A stretch of DNA of 64,000 nt. Origin: Haliotis rubra (lineage: Eukaryota). Below, in pieces: positions 36,678-50,890 of this stretch. Positions within the stretch are counted from its first letter, which is position 1; every line of letters begins with the position of its first letter. The notes beneath the pieces are model-generated. The model searched no databases. It was not told the DNA's origin and saw nothing but the letters and a program-made list of their open reading frames with translations. Made by a program: the position numbers and the translations under genes. The stretch lies in NCBI RefSeq assembly GCF_003918875.1, contig NW_025767455.1, positions 310,001-374,000 of the forward strand, read 5' to 3'.

Positions 36678-37692
36678 TACTGAACAACAAAAGAAAAGTT
36701 TTTAAATATAAGACAACCAAAATTATGTCTAATGATTTATTCTATAGAAAATACTGTCAATTTAACAGCTGACAGTGACTGTTGACATTGAATTGCAATA
36801 ATTTCAAATTGATCACAGTCCGTCAAATGGAGATACCCCTGAACGCGAAAAGTGACAGTCTCTTTAGTAGCGCGTAAAGCCACCTTGAGCTTGCACACAG
36901 GCCGTGCAACATCGCCTCATTGAGTTCACTAGAGTCTGAAAGAATGCCTGAGGCAAGTGGTTCCACTCAAACACCAATCTCTGTTCCAACTGTGCAAGTG
37001 TGAGTGGCTGTACACCTGCAGCAATCCTACGTCCAATGTCGTCCCAGACATGTTCAATGGGAGCCCTATCCGGGGAAAGAGACGGTCATTGAAGAACGTT
37101 AATGTTGTTCTGAGCCAGATAATCCATCGACACCCTTGCTGTGTGAGGGTTGTAGACTTGTAGATGTGTCAAAATTGGCCCCACATATGGCCGTCGGCAG
37201 TGGATTCCAGCAGCCCGTAGACGACGCCTAATCGTATCGCTGGACACTGCTCCCCTTGACCCATGAACTAAGGCTGCTGTTACTGTTGCTGCTTGAGTTC
37301 GGTACCTTAGATGAGTGACCCGGATGAACCGATCTTGTGCATGAGTTGTCGCTCGTGGTCGTCCTGTACGGGGACGATCAGACAGCAACCCCGGTTTGCT
37401 GATGACGTTGAGCAAGTCGTGTAATGGTGGTAAGATGATAGCCCTATTGCCTAGCTACAGCGGTTTGATGAGCTACCTCCGTGCAACTTTCCAATGACCA
37501 TTCCCCTCCGCTCAGTCGTTAGTCTAGGCATCGTTTTGCTGTGTGCGAATGTTTCGTATGGACGTCAAATCGCATGACATCATCTCATCTGGGATCATTA
37601 CGTCACTTTACTATAAACGTTCCGTAAACATGAACACCTTTCTTTATCAGATTTATTTTTTTCGAAACTTGCGTTTCTTTTGCTGTTCAGTA
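36678..37692 (-). mobile_element. Tc1-like element (duplicate of 15205-16227)
   Basis: Same TIRs and TA TSD; ORF 37086-37415 contains RPRTGRPRATT. Confidence 0.85.
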
Positions 37693-38849
37693 TATATGTT
37701 AGTGTGCAAAATTAATAACCTTTTAAGACACCTAGGCATTTTTGCTAACACTAACATGAATAATGATTATTCTCTGATAACTTTAGCACAACCTTGTCTT
37801 TATGCGCTTGATACATTACAAACTCTGGTTATTGTAGCAACACTCTATATAGAATGCATGTATATATACTGTACACGAGCCTCTGGCCTTTATATTGTGA
37901 AAAAACACTATCTTAACTATCAATTATCAGTATGGTTATAACACTACAGACAGACTACACTGTATATGGTACAAAGTCGCATATGTGATAGATGGGAACC
38001 TACAAACCTCGAAACCTCGAGCTGATTACTAACACAGGTAATCATTTAGTGACGGTTGTCAAGGACTGATAATCAGTACTATGTGCTGATGTCTTATCTG
38101 TTTAGTTGATAGTGACAACCAACAGTGACAACCCTGTTTGGGTCGAACTAGAAATCAGTCATTGTTTCAAACATGGAAGTGAAAATATGAAAACAACACA
38201 CTAAATTTGCAAAAAAATTATTAATAGAAATAGGAAAGATGCTTTTACAAATTATTGCGATTGCGAGTAATATATATCTCATTTTCGTAACACTCTTTTT
38301 GTGTTCTGACAATGCTAAATCTAAAAGGTAGTACTTTAGCCACACTCAGATGGTTCTGCCGTTACGCAGCGTATCCGACTATCTGTCTAATTACTATGAC
38401 AGACACCCAAACAGTCACAAATTTATTGATCTACTGAGTGCGTACAATTCTTTAACTCTACGAAATGTATCAGCATTTATATTCAATGCATTAAACTATA
38501 GAAAGACTGTCATGTCTTAGCTGATTTATGTAAAATCCACGTTAATGATTGCTTATATTCTACCGTATGCATATTGTAAATGTACTACAGGTCTGTGGCC
38601 TCTTTAGTACTGAATAAACAGATTGGAGTGGATTGGACAAAGGGATGTAATTTATTTAAATAGTAACTGGATTTCATGGCTTTTCACAACTCATATGTTT
38701 GTAGATCTTGTCTAACAGAACAATGCACTTTCAACAATTAATCAATGTGTCCCTTTACTTCGTTTGTTTCAAATAAACACGTGTACAGTTCTTTGAAACT
38801 TGGGTCGTTGTGTCAATATTACTATTGCGACTGATGAAGGGGGAACAAT

Positions 38850-39680
38850 TATTGCGACAGCGATAGTCTATTGCAACATACTATTGCGACAGCGATAGTC
38901 TATTGCAACATTCTATTGCGACAGCGATAGTCTATTGCAACATACTATTGCGACAGCGATAGTCTATTGCAACATACTATTGCGACAGCGATAGTCTATT
39001 GCAACATACTATTGCGACAGCGATAGTTTATTGCAACATACTGTTGCAACAGCGATAGTCTATTGCAACATACTATTGCGACAGCGATAGTCTATTGCAA
39101 CATACTATTGCGACAGCGATAGTCTATTGCAACATACTATTGCGACAGCGATAGTTTATTGCAACATACTATTGCGACAGCGATAGTCTATTGCAACATA
39201 CTATTGCGACAGCGATAGTCTATTGCAACATACTATTGCGACAGCGATAGTTTATTGCAACATACTGTTGCGACAGCGATAGTCTATTGCAACATACTAT
39301 TGCGACAGCGATAGTCTATTGCAACATACTATTGCGACAGCGATAGTCTATTGCAACATACTATTGCGACAGCGATAGTTTATTGCAACATACTATTGCG
39401 ACAGCGACAGCATTGCGACTAGCGATAGTCTATTGCAACATACTATTGCGACAGCGATAGTCTATTGCAACATACTATTGCGAAAGCGATAGTCTATTGC
39501 AACATACTATTGCGACAGCGATAGTCTATTGCAACATACTATTGCGACAGCGATAGTCTATTGCAACATACTATTGCGACAGCGATAGTCTATTGCAACA
39601 TACTATTATTGCGACAGCGATAGTCTATTGCAACATACTATTGCGATAGCGATATTCTCTATTGCAACAAGTATTGCAAT
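38850..39680. repeat. 32-bp satellite, ~25 units
   Basis: Same unit as 17385-17870, longer array. Confidence 0.95.
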
Positions 39681-42600
39681 AGTTTTTCTCTCCTTGAATT
39701 GTCTCATTTGAAGTCATTTCCCAAATGAATGCATAGGTTATATGAAATAAAAGCAAGTTGAAATAGTTTAAGTCTATTTTAATAACTGACAAGAAACTTG
39801 AAACCCAGATCAAGTAAACAATTAAAACATAAACTCAACGAAGCTGCCAGTCTGCGTCCAAAAATCCTATATTTTGCGCTGCGCATTTATCAACGGAAGT
39901 CAATTACTAAACTATCGATAGTCACACATACTATCGATGCATCGACAATTTTTCGTTTCTACCATCGACTAATTGCCATTGCTTCGATAGTTCGATCCAT
40001 CGTTACAGCCCTAATTACTGATACATACATTAGAAGTTGGTTTCCTTATCCGGGATAGTGAGTGGCAGTGTAAAATGGATACACAGGGTACTTCATAATG
40101 ATACAGGCAAGTGTTTTGGGGAAGGAGGAAGGCACAAAGATACCCTGACACAACCGCCAACTATCAAATATCTACATTCACCCATCTACCATAACGTTCA
40201 TGTCTTTACCAAGGAACCTAAGTTAACATTGAGGATAACTTCCCAAATGGTAGTGTTTCTTTATAGAGTGATCAATCTCAGATCCCACAGTACTGTTCGG
40301 TTTGGTAGCGCTAGATAGTACCATGTGTGATTGATATTGCTTAATGATCATATCATTTCGTGAGTGAGTGAGTTTAGTTTTACGTCGCAGTCAGCAACAT
40401 TCCAGCTATATGGCGTTACTGAAGTTACTGAAGATCACTTCTAACCCGGATCTACACGGGTTCATTTCGTGAAGGCTAGTTAATAAATTCACCCAGCGAA
40501 TCACAACATGAATAATTCCATTATCTTAAGTGTTTTCATGTTCATCTGATGTTGCTTGCTCGGTCCACAGGAACATCAGTAGCTGCGTCATGGCATTAAA
40601 TGGCTGTGTTAGAGGAAGAAGTTTTGGATAAGTAAGAATAAGTTAGAGGAAGAAGATTTGGATAAGTAAGAATAAGTTGGATTGTCCACCCAAGCTATCC
40701 GCGAAGATTTGGATAAGTAAGAATAACCGATGGATTGCCCCACGCCAAGCGCAAACCGCTAAAATTGAGGAGGCGTGCATCTCTTCGATCGGCATACCGT
40801 TCCACTAACCGATCTTACCCTAAGTCAATCGTAAAGTTAAGATCCAGAGTCTAAGTTGACCAACTTAGGATCGCCAAAATCAATCGTAAAGAAACCAAAA
40901 CATTATTCTATGTGAAGAAGAAGAGCGAGCATTACACTGTGAGCGTGTTTTTCGAGACCGCTCATAGATTCTAGATACATTATCAGATGATGTGATTTTG
41001 GCGAGGTCCAGGATGCATCGTCACGCCTTGTTTATGCTGATCGATAAGGTTCAGCCACATGGGTATGCCAAATACCCAGCGTTCACGCGCACTTGCCCCT
41101 GAAACCAAAATGCTCTCTACCGTAAAACTGCTCTTTTTCGCTCGAGGTTTCTTCTCTTCCTTTACACATGGTTCCAAAACTGCTAGACTATGCAAAGGGA
41201 AATAACTCGTGCCTCGCATTTTTCTATCTCTCGCACGAAAGAATCTCGATCTTAGCTACAATCGGATCGTAAGATCGGGATCGGCTACGATCGGCCTAAG
41301 ATCGGTTAGTGGAACGGGCGTAACTTTTAGCAAAGACAATTGTAAAATTGGCGTAACTTGCTAAGATTGATCTTAGATAAGATCGGCTAGTGGAACAGCA
41401 CCCTGGTGACGTAGCAAGTGGGAACCAGGATTCTATCGTCAAGCTTGTTAGAACTTGCTAATTACTGTAATCTACATGCAACTGTTGTGACATACACACT
41501 GATATCTGTGGAATACTGTAAGGGACATTCTCGCGATCTCGCATTCTTGCGGTCTCGACCTTTGGAAACAAGCTAAAAATGCCCAAAGTGCGAGAATGCG
41601 AGATTGCGAGATTTGACTGACTGACTGACTGAGTTTAGTTTTACGCCGCTTTTAGCAATATTCCAGCAATATCACGGCGGGGGACACCAGAAATGGGCTT
41701 AACACAGTGTGCCCATGTGGGGAATCGAACCCGGGTCTTCGGCGTGACGAGCCAAGCGAGATTTGACAGCATGTGCAAATGTCGCATTCTCGCGTTGTCG
41801 ACTTTTGACAAAAAGTGCTATGTACCAAAAACACGAGAATGCGAGATCGCGAGAATGTCCCTTACAGTATTCCATTGATATCTCAGGGTTATCTCATACT
41901 GTACTGAACCAAGTGATAATGACACTCAACGATAACATCAATTGTTGATAGATGCAGAAGTAGAAGACAAACCTATTGTGTTGTACCTTTGGTGTTAATT
42001 TAAAACGAGTGGGGGGAAAAATAAGGAGGTGCATATATGTTATCCATTTAGGTGGGCAAACCAGTATTACATTTCTGGACATCAGCAAACAGAGGAGGGG
42101 GTATCCAGTTGTCTACAACCCAAAAGCATCATGTGGAGTTTGAGCTACATGCTTGTTGTGATTTTCTTGTTTGTTTATTTGTTTAAGGTAAGTAAATAGG
42201 TAACATTTTTCTGTTCGGTATCAATGTCGAATGCTGTTTTTAATTTTTTAAATTGTGTACATCTAATTCTGCATCTAATCATATGCAAACCTCACTCCCC
42301 GACAGCCCAGTACCAGCAGCGGGCGTGTCTCTGTACATCTGCTGGAGTATCACAGGTCATCAGATACAGGATGCAATGGAAGCTTGTTCTCATCTAATCC
42401 CTGTGACCTAATGTTCACCGTCTGTTTCAAGGGGTTGTCCGGCAAAGAGTAAGTGGTTTTACTACACATCAAAGTCTAATCTGAACTTGGTAAACAACCT
42501 TGAAGTTCTACTAGCCATTGTCTACAATCATTAGGAAAAAGTCATCTAACGCATATTTTACTATATACACTGACGTTGCTGAAGATGGTAAAAAGAGGCG

Positions 42601-44890
42601 CTTTTCGTCAGGTACAGACTATTGTAAATGTACGACTTCCCAATTATGACCGACAACAACCGATCGTATTTTGAGAGTGTGAAGGTGTCTCATGATTTTG
42701 TCACAGTTCCTGTACAAAGACGAGTGACCAGTACAAGGGCACGAGGGATGTCAAATTTGGGACGAGCATTAATGGCGGGATAACCAACCCCATCGTCAAG
42801 TCGTTAACCGCGTTCCAGGTAAATTTAGCGATCTTTGTGTTGCTGAAAATTCAGTACTGAAGCTATTTAAGCCATTACGTTTACATCTACACTTGAAATA
42901 GTACTATGTTATGCATGTTACATTCTATGCATTCTCCATCGGTAACCATAAACAGTGTACAAAAAAGGTGGTCCACGGATGAAACTTAAATTTACGTCCT
43001 TTTCTGACAGAAACAAGGTGACTCTTACATATTGACAAGAGTGAATTTATTTATGCACATACTGAAGCCAAGGTGTGAAGCATATTTCAAAGGATGCAAA
43101 GAAAGCCTTTTTGAATCTGCTCATCCCTGTAGCCTAATGTTCACCGTCTGTTTCAAGGGGTTGTCCGGCAAAGAGTAAGTGGTTTTACCACACATCAAAG
43201 TCTACTCTGAAGGCGAACAAGTTTGACGTTCGATTAAATCCATTGTCTACAATCATTGAAAGACTATTTATGGTTAATGCATATTAACTATATAATTTAA
43301 CACTGGTGAAGATGTACAATGGTGCAAAATAGAGGTTGTTCTTATGAGGTATAGATTGAACATGTACCACTTTCGAATTAAGATATGCCGCGCACAGGTC
43401 TCAGGTACATCATAATTCAGGTATTTCATCACATCAGATGGAATCAGCACAAATCGTATATTATCCTATATGCACGGGAAGGGTGTGACAGAGCCTCATG
43501 ATTATATAACAGTTCCTGCACAAAGACGAGTGACCAGTACAAGGGCACGAGGGACGTCGCATTTGGGACGAACATTAATGGCGGGATAGCCAATCCCATT
43601 CTCAAGTCGTTCACTACCTTACAGGTACATTTAACTAACTGGTCATGTCGCTTAAAAGTCAGTAGTGAAGCTATTTAACTAGTGACATCGTTACAGGGAA
43701 TGTGTGAAACCAGGGATTTCACATAAACCCTAAATCCAGAGTCAGTGATTTTATGAAATCCCTGTTATTCCTAGGGATTTCATGTATTCCCTAAAATTTC
43801 CAGGGATTTCATGAAGTTACTGAAATATTAGCTCAGGGATTTCATGAAATCCCTGTAAGGCTTTATTGAAATAGAGAACACCAAATTTATAATGCGAGTA
43901 CAGAGTATATGCTGATAAAATTCATTTGTTTGGACAAGATAGGCTGTTGTCATACAAGTTATTACACTTCAGTAGCACTTTACAACATTTACAACGTATC
44001 GATTTACATTGGTTAGGACCACAGTTACATTTCTGGAAACCCTGACCACCACAATTCGACTCGAAAATCACAGCTGTGTGGAGGAACAGTTCTTTGTCCA
44101 TTGTCACATCATTCGTAGAGAGAAGACGCTGAGGACAAACATGAAATATGTGCTTTGAAAAATACCCTTTCCTTCCCAATGGCCTAATCTGTTTATGCTT
44201 AAAAGTAATGGTGACTTGATGTTTCACCAATATAGGATTCGCTGCAGTCGCATTCTGTCTGGTAGACGACACCTGCAGGATCTGGCTTCTTTGCCGGGGT
44301 GGGTCTGCCTGTGGCAAAGAAGCCAGATCCATTAGGATCAAAGAACACCAGGCCTCTGTAAGAAACAGACTCTAACTCCGCCATAACCGACCACCTTAAA
44401 GCCAACCCAAACCACAACATCAGTTGGAACACCACCAAAGTCATCGAGAGGACCAGCCTGATTTAAAAACCCGAAAACTACTTGAAGCTGTCCACATAAA
44501 GAAGATTTGTCCATTTGTTCAGCCATCAACAGAGATGAAGGATATTTCATCCCCAAGGCCTATCATCACTTGCTCAATTAATCTAATGTAACCCCACTCA
44601 ACCATTGTACAATATCCATTGTGTAACACTGTACATTATCCATTGTGTAAACATCACTTCACTACTGGCTTCCCAAGAGTCCTTATATCACTTATGTAAA
44701 CAACCTATGGACATCATTCCCTGTTGGCTGCCCATCAACATCCTTAATCTCTTATGTATACAACCATGTACATGTTCTTTACTGGCTTCCTTTCAACCTA
44801 CTTAATCCTGTGTTATCAACCTCTCCTATTGTATAAACAACTCATTTTCGCCTCATCCCTCATCTATTGTACAAACATCCCATGCATATA

Positions 44891-45650
44891 TACTGGCCAC
44901 ATAAAGAAACAGTGCACACAGAAAATAGAAATATAGGCACACAGCGTATTTATACATAAATTATACATTTGTGAACACAGCAAGTACTGGAGACAATCAA
45001 ACGCTCATGCACGTGCCAGGCGACGTGACGTCATTGGCGGTGTCCTGAGGCCTTGCAATTTGTTACAGCACGTGCATCCCGTACAGATGCACACAAAATG
45101 TGAAACTCTGAAATTGCTGTCACTGTCGAAAGCTTGATCTTTGGTCATTCAAACGTTCACCAATTCACATGAGAAGATACTTGCACATCATGCCAAGATT
45201 AACATGTGCTCAACGTCATTAAACCATTGGAATGGTTCGAGCAGGAATGAGCCAACAACAGGTGGCAGCACATTTCCAATGCCATCGTAACACGATATCT
45301 GCATTGGTCAGGCGTTATCGAAACAGTAATGACGTCGCCGACCACCCACGTTCAGGGCGTTCCCGACGTAACGACGCCAAGACAGGACAGATGGAATCGG
45401 GTGACTCATCTCAGATACAGGTTCCAGACAGCAGTGACCACGTCCCAGACCATTCCTCAGTCCTTCAATGCTCATTTGCTAGCCTTTGAACTTCTGACGT
45501 CATCGTTACGGATATTGTTCATGTTCTTTTGACATTTTCTTTGGTCAGATACTTCAGCTTATAACGTGTCTACATCATTTCGTCTTTGCTGTGTTGTATT
45601 TCAATTATGAAGGCATTTTCTGTGTGCACAGTTTTTTTATGTGGCTAGTA
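44891..45650 (+). mobile_element. Tc1-like deletion derivative inserted in the Penelope fragment
   Basis: TIRs TACT(G/A)GCCACATAAA..AAC.GTGCACACAGAAAAT, TA TSD, HTH fragment (ORF 45232). Empty site at ~22730. Confidence 0.85.
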
Positions 45651-48600
45651 TATATCACCCAAATTACTTCCCATGTAACACTTGCTTGACAACGACATTA
45701 GAGTCTATGTCGAAACGTCGCCTATATAGACTAAAGAAGTTGTATATCCATAAAAATAGTCCTCATTCTTCATCTACCCAACTTCTACAATGCCAATCAA
45801 AGAAAGTTGTATACAAATTTGCCGCTTTTTAGGAATATTAAGGCAGGTTTTAGCGGTTAAAAACGATACACCTGGACAAGTTTACGCGAAATCCCTGGTT
45901 TCACACATTCCTTGTAACATATTAACGGCAAAAATACCTACTCATGCACATTAGAACATGCAAAACGAGGATGATCGAGTTGAAACTACATCATACTGGT
46001 TAACAAAGTAATCAAACAGAAATTGTATTTGTTCAGACAGGTGCGGAGGTTGAGGTCAAAGTGGATGATGATTACTGGTTGTCATCAACACCTCTTCCTC
46101 TGGATGACTTGAAGACCCCTCTACCGCCGTTTCACAATGGTGGCACCGTCAACCTTACCGACAGCAATGCAAGGTGCGTGACTACAGCAATATTTGCCCT
46201 AAGAGTGTTCTCGTCTCGCTCTGTATCCCACTCTACATCTATATAAAGAGGTCTATCTTACACAGATTTTAACATTATGTTTTATCCATTCAAAACATTT
46301 TCTTCTTAAGTCTGCCTTTAACGTCCGACTGAAACTCTTAGAGCAGATACTATATATTCTTTTGCCATGACATTTTGAATTGTCATGTGTAAACATGTTC
46401 AGGAACGACTTATACCTTGTACATCAATATCTGCCACTACAAGAAATGTCAATATGGGTGACTCCACATTGCAGATTGACACTGACCATCACTGTGACCT
46501 GTGACCCCCACTACTATGGACCGAACTGTTCTGTCCTGTGTAACCCAGGGTCAGCTGACCACTACACATGTGACCCGGACGGGTTAAAACACTGCATTAA
46601 AGGTATGTTACACAAAGTCAAGTTACACCTGAACTAAAGACAGGCATGCAGACAACTGAACATGCCATCGACATTAACGTTTCTTAAAAACGAAGTTCTT
46701 ACCTCAGATGTATTGTACTAGACACTGAGAAAGCCTCGCACTTCTTTAACACTTAATTAAAATATGTAAGGCTATCCAGGGATGTCTTTCACGTACTTTG
46801 AATCGCGCGTATAGCATGTTATCGTGAAAATGTGATATTTGTTTGGTACAACAGGCATAGATAGCGCTACACATTTTGATCCCTTCGTTAATCCTTTTGT
46901 CAGTGTCTAAGGGTTGCACTGTACAGCCACCGTCTCAGTGCTCTAGGGGATAGATCTGCACATATCTAAATCAATGTTAATGTACAAGATGTGAACCCAT
47001 CTTAGAGATTGTCTAGGAAGTAGAGCACACACCTGCCATCTTCTTCACCTTATGTCCATATCATCTCCAGTCCACAGAAGCTGCGATATGTTTTAATGAA
47101 AACTAAAATCAGACAATGTATGTAAAACTTAGCAACCGGAAACGACCATGATTGCTATATTTTGTACGAATATATTGCGTATCTCGACATATCACGTGTT
47201 TGTAAAACCGTGCATCAATGGGCGTCATTCATCCCTCAGTGAACTTAATACTAACTGGAAAGTGATGGCATCACTTAGGACATCTAAGAAACAAATTGAA
47301 ACAAGGCTTTCTACAACATGATTATTTACAAAGATTATTCAGGACGTAAAGTGACACCACAATTAATCTTCTAGAGACTGGGGATTTAGAATCTACAGTC
47401 ATTATGTCAGACTTTAAACTAGTACAATGTTGTCAGTGTTCAATAACGCATAGTCGGTCTCTTTTATTGTTTACCTTTACAAGCATAGTGGAAAAGCTAG
47501 ATATATTTAAAGTAAGTCATCACATCACATGTGTGTACGATGCATGCATATATTTTGTTTAACTCTATAAATCTACTCACATGTTAAAATCTTAATTATT
47601 TAAGTTATGCAAATGGAATATGCTAGCAACTAGATGCTATCTCTGTAATTTTCAGGCTATACCGGAAGTGCTTGCCAACAAACACCGTGCCACAACGTTG
47701 CCTGCCACAACGGAGGAATGTGTGTTCTAGTAGGGTCAACATTCAACTGTTCCTGTCCATCTGGATTTAGTGGTGTACATTGTGAGACCACACCTTGTAC
47801 AAAGAATCCATGTCAGAACCAAGGAACGTGTCATGTTGTTGGATCGATAGCCACCTGTTCCTGTAAAGCTGGATCTCATGGTATACGTTGTGAGACCAAT
47901 CCCTGTACAAAGAATCCATGTCAGAATCAAGGAACGTGTCATGTTGTTGGATCGATAGCCACCTGTTCCTGTAAAGCTGGATCTCATGGTATACGTTGTG
48001 AGACCACTCCCTGTACAAAGAACCCATGTCAGAATCAAGGAACGTGCCGTTTTACTGGATCAAAGGTCACCTGTTCCTGTAAAGCTGGATTTAATGGTAC
48101 ACATTGCGAGACCAATCCCTGTACAAAGAACCCATGTCAGAATCAAGGAACGTGCCGTTTTACATCAATGTTTTTACGTTCTTACGCCAGTTGTGACGTT
48201 ATATTAATTGCTCTTTGTGTTTTGGGTTTTGTTAATACCATTAAGTAAATATTCTGTTATTCAGGAATGTACTGTGATGTTCTGTCAAACACAAATGAAG
48301 TCACTCCATCAATGGCAGCATCATCAACAGACCGGACTCTTCCACATCTTCCGACTCCAACAGGTATCAGTTTAAACAAGTAAAACTTAAATTTACCTGT
48401 CAAGGTGGAAATGATAACTGACAAAGTTGAACCTTCATAGGATCAGGTTTCCAGGCCTTTACTTAAAATAGGCTAGACCCAAGTAGCTTCCAGGCGCGTA
48501 ATCATATAATGATTGAATATAGAATCATGGCTTCTATATGTACTAATAAATCTGTGAAAAGTAACATCATGATGGCAATTACAACCTCAATCATATACTG

Positions 48601-50333
48601 CAGTGTGTGTATATCACGCAGGTCACAGCCGCCCACAAACCACAGCCAGATTAATTTTGCCACACAGCGTCTTACAGGAAGCATACTACCACTCGTAAAA
48701 TACTAGTTCCGCTTGTAAACATTATTGCCATATATGTCAATGTTGTGTGAATGTGTGAGTAAAATATGGCCCCCATAAATGAACTATTTGGGACACTGTT
48801 ATAATGGAACTATGGCAGTCAGAAGTGTGTCTCGTATTGTCTCGTATATTTACTTTCAAAAAGGTAAAATCTCGAAAGTTATAATTTAAGAGAAAAACAA
48901 GCTGAAGATTGACCTAACCATTTGCACGATACAATTTATCCTCATCATAACGGGGAAAGAACTGAAAAAAGACCGGAGACTAATGTCCCTTTATGTTTTG
49001 CTTCTGTATTTGCAGGTTGTGCCCACAACATCAGTAACTGTGAGTTAGCGGAGTGTCCAGATCTGACCTCTGTCCGATGTGTCCGGTGTCGGGCTAGTTA
49101 CACAGAGGTTGAGGGACGCTGCATGAGTAAGTTCAAAATATAATTGAAAACAAAATGCAATTTAGAAATAATACAGTTTTCAATGCTAATATCGCCTAGT
49201 TGGGTGATAATTCATTGTGGATAGTTGTGCACAGTATCTATTAGACTCAGCCGGCCATTGGTTCGAAACCTCGATTCCTTTCCGGAGCCTACAAAATCTC
49301 AGTTTTTAAGAAGACGACTTTTCAATCAAACCCGGAGTGACTATGAGAACTGATGAATTATGTTTCAGCGTGTCCAACCCGCACCCCTATCCTGCATTGT
49401 GAGGAGGAGCAATCAGTCGGCTGTCTCTTCAGATGGTGCAGCAGGTGCGAGCAGGGATTCTACCGGGAAGCTTCTGCTTGTGAGGGTGAGGCTTCCTTAT
49501 AACTCGCATTCTTCCAAATACACCACCTAACTTTCTTCAATGTATACAGAAATCTCATAAGAAATCATGTCAAAAGCTTTTGATGATACGATTGACAATA
49601 TGTCTTAACATCCAACACAGTGTGTCCCCGTCTCCACGCCGGATGTCGTGATCACGTCTGCTCCTCCGCTGATGACGTCAGGTGTGTTAGATGTCAGCCG
49701 GGTTTCTTCCTGGCTGGAACCACCTGCAAAGGTAAACAATAAGTTTAACGTTCATCTTGTGCTTATGTTTAATCTTATGGAATGAATGTACCACTGAGGC
49801 CAAATACCTTGACATATCAATTCCATATGTGCTCTTCCAGAATGTCCTTCCCCAAACCCAATGTGCGACGAATTCACCTGTAGGGACTCCAATGACGTCA
49901 CATGCACCAAGTGCAAAGATGGATTCCTGGAAGTAGACGGCCAGTGTCTCTGTGAGTTATTTTAGTTGAAACACAACGTTATACTTACAAGTCTTTTCAT
50001 CAACTTACTATACAGATAAGAGAGCGATGGGTGTGGTTTGAGCAGTAGTCCAGTTATATCAGGGTGTTGTAGTATGCTGTGGGAAGAAGGCACTTTGGTG
50101 AACCCCATGAGTTTGGTGCTGAAACCACGAATAATAAAGGGACACAACTCTGCAAAGAGATTTGAGACGTCTTATTAGACAGGGCAACTAATGGCCCGCT
50201 CGCGTGAGAATACATTTCATCGTGTAACCAAAAACAATTTCGGCAAGCAAGCATTTGTAGCTCTTTGAAATGGTAACTTTCTTAGATGTTCCTTCTTGAA
50301 AATGAATATCAGAAATATCACAATGGTAACTAC

Positions 50334-50694
50334 ATGGTGAGGTGAGGTGAAATTGGGGTTTAAAGTCGTGCTTGAGAATATATCGCTCATATGACGACGT
50401 GCATGCGTGTGTATGTGTTTGTGCGGCTGCTTGTACTAGCCCAGACTGAAGCTGGTTTTATAGTGCTAGCCCACTGGGATACCATGCCGCAGTGAAGCAT
50501 GAATACCCCACTCAGACACATTATACTGACTCCGAGCCGACCAGTCTTTGTTGTACCCATTAATGCCGAGCGCCAGGCAGAGACCAACAAGTACCATATT
50601 GTAACGTCATTTGGTATGACTCGGTCTGGGATCGAACCCGCGACCTTCCGCTCTCCGGGCGGACGCTCTAACCACTACACCACGGAGGCGGTCC
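50334..50694 (-). mobile_element. tRNA-derived SINE family C
   Basis: tRNA-like head with GGTTCGATCCC, (CACCT)n tail, near-perfect TSD TGGTAAC(T/C)ACA. Degenerate relatives at ~9140-9355 and ~24080-24290. Confidence 0.8.
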
Positions 50695-50890
50695 TGGTAA
50701 CCACAAACTATTTAGGGGCGGTGGGGTAGACTAGTGGTTAAAGCGTTGGCTTGTCACGCCGAAGACGCGGGTTCGAATCCCCACATGGGTACAATGTGTG
50801 AAGCCCATTTCTGGTGTCCCCCGCCGTGATATTGCTAAAAGCGGCGTAAAACTAAACTCAGTCAGTCAGTCAGTCAGTCAGTATAAACTA

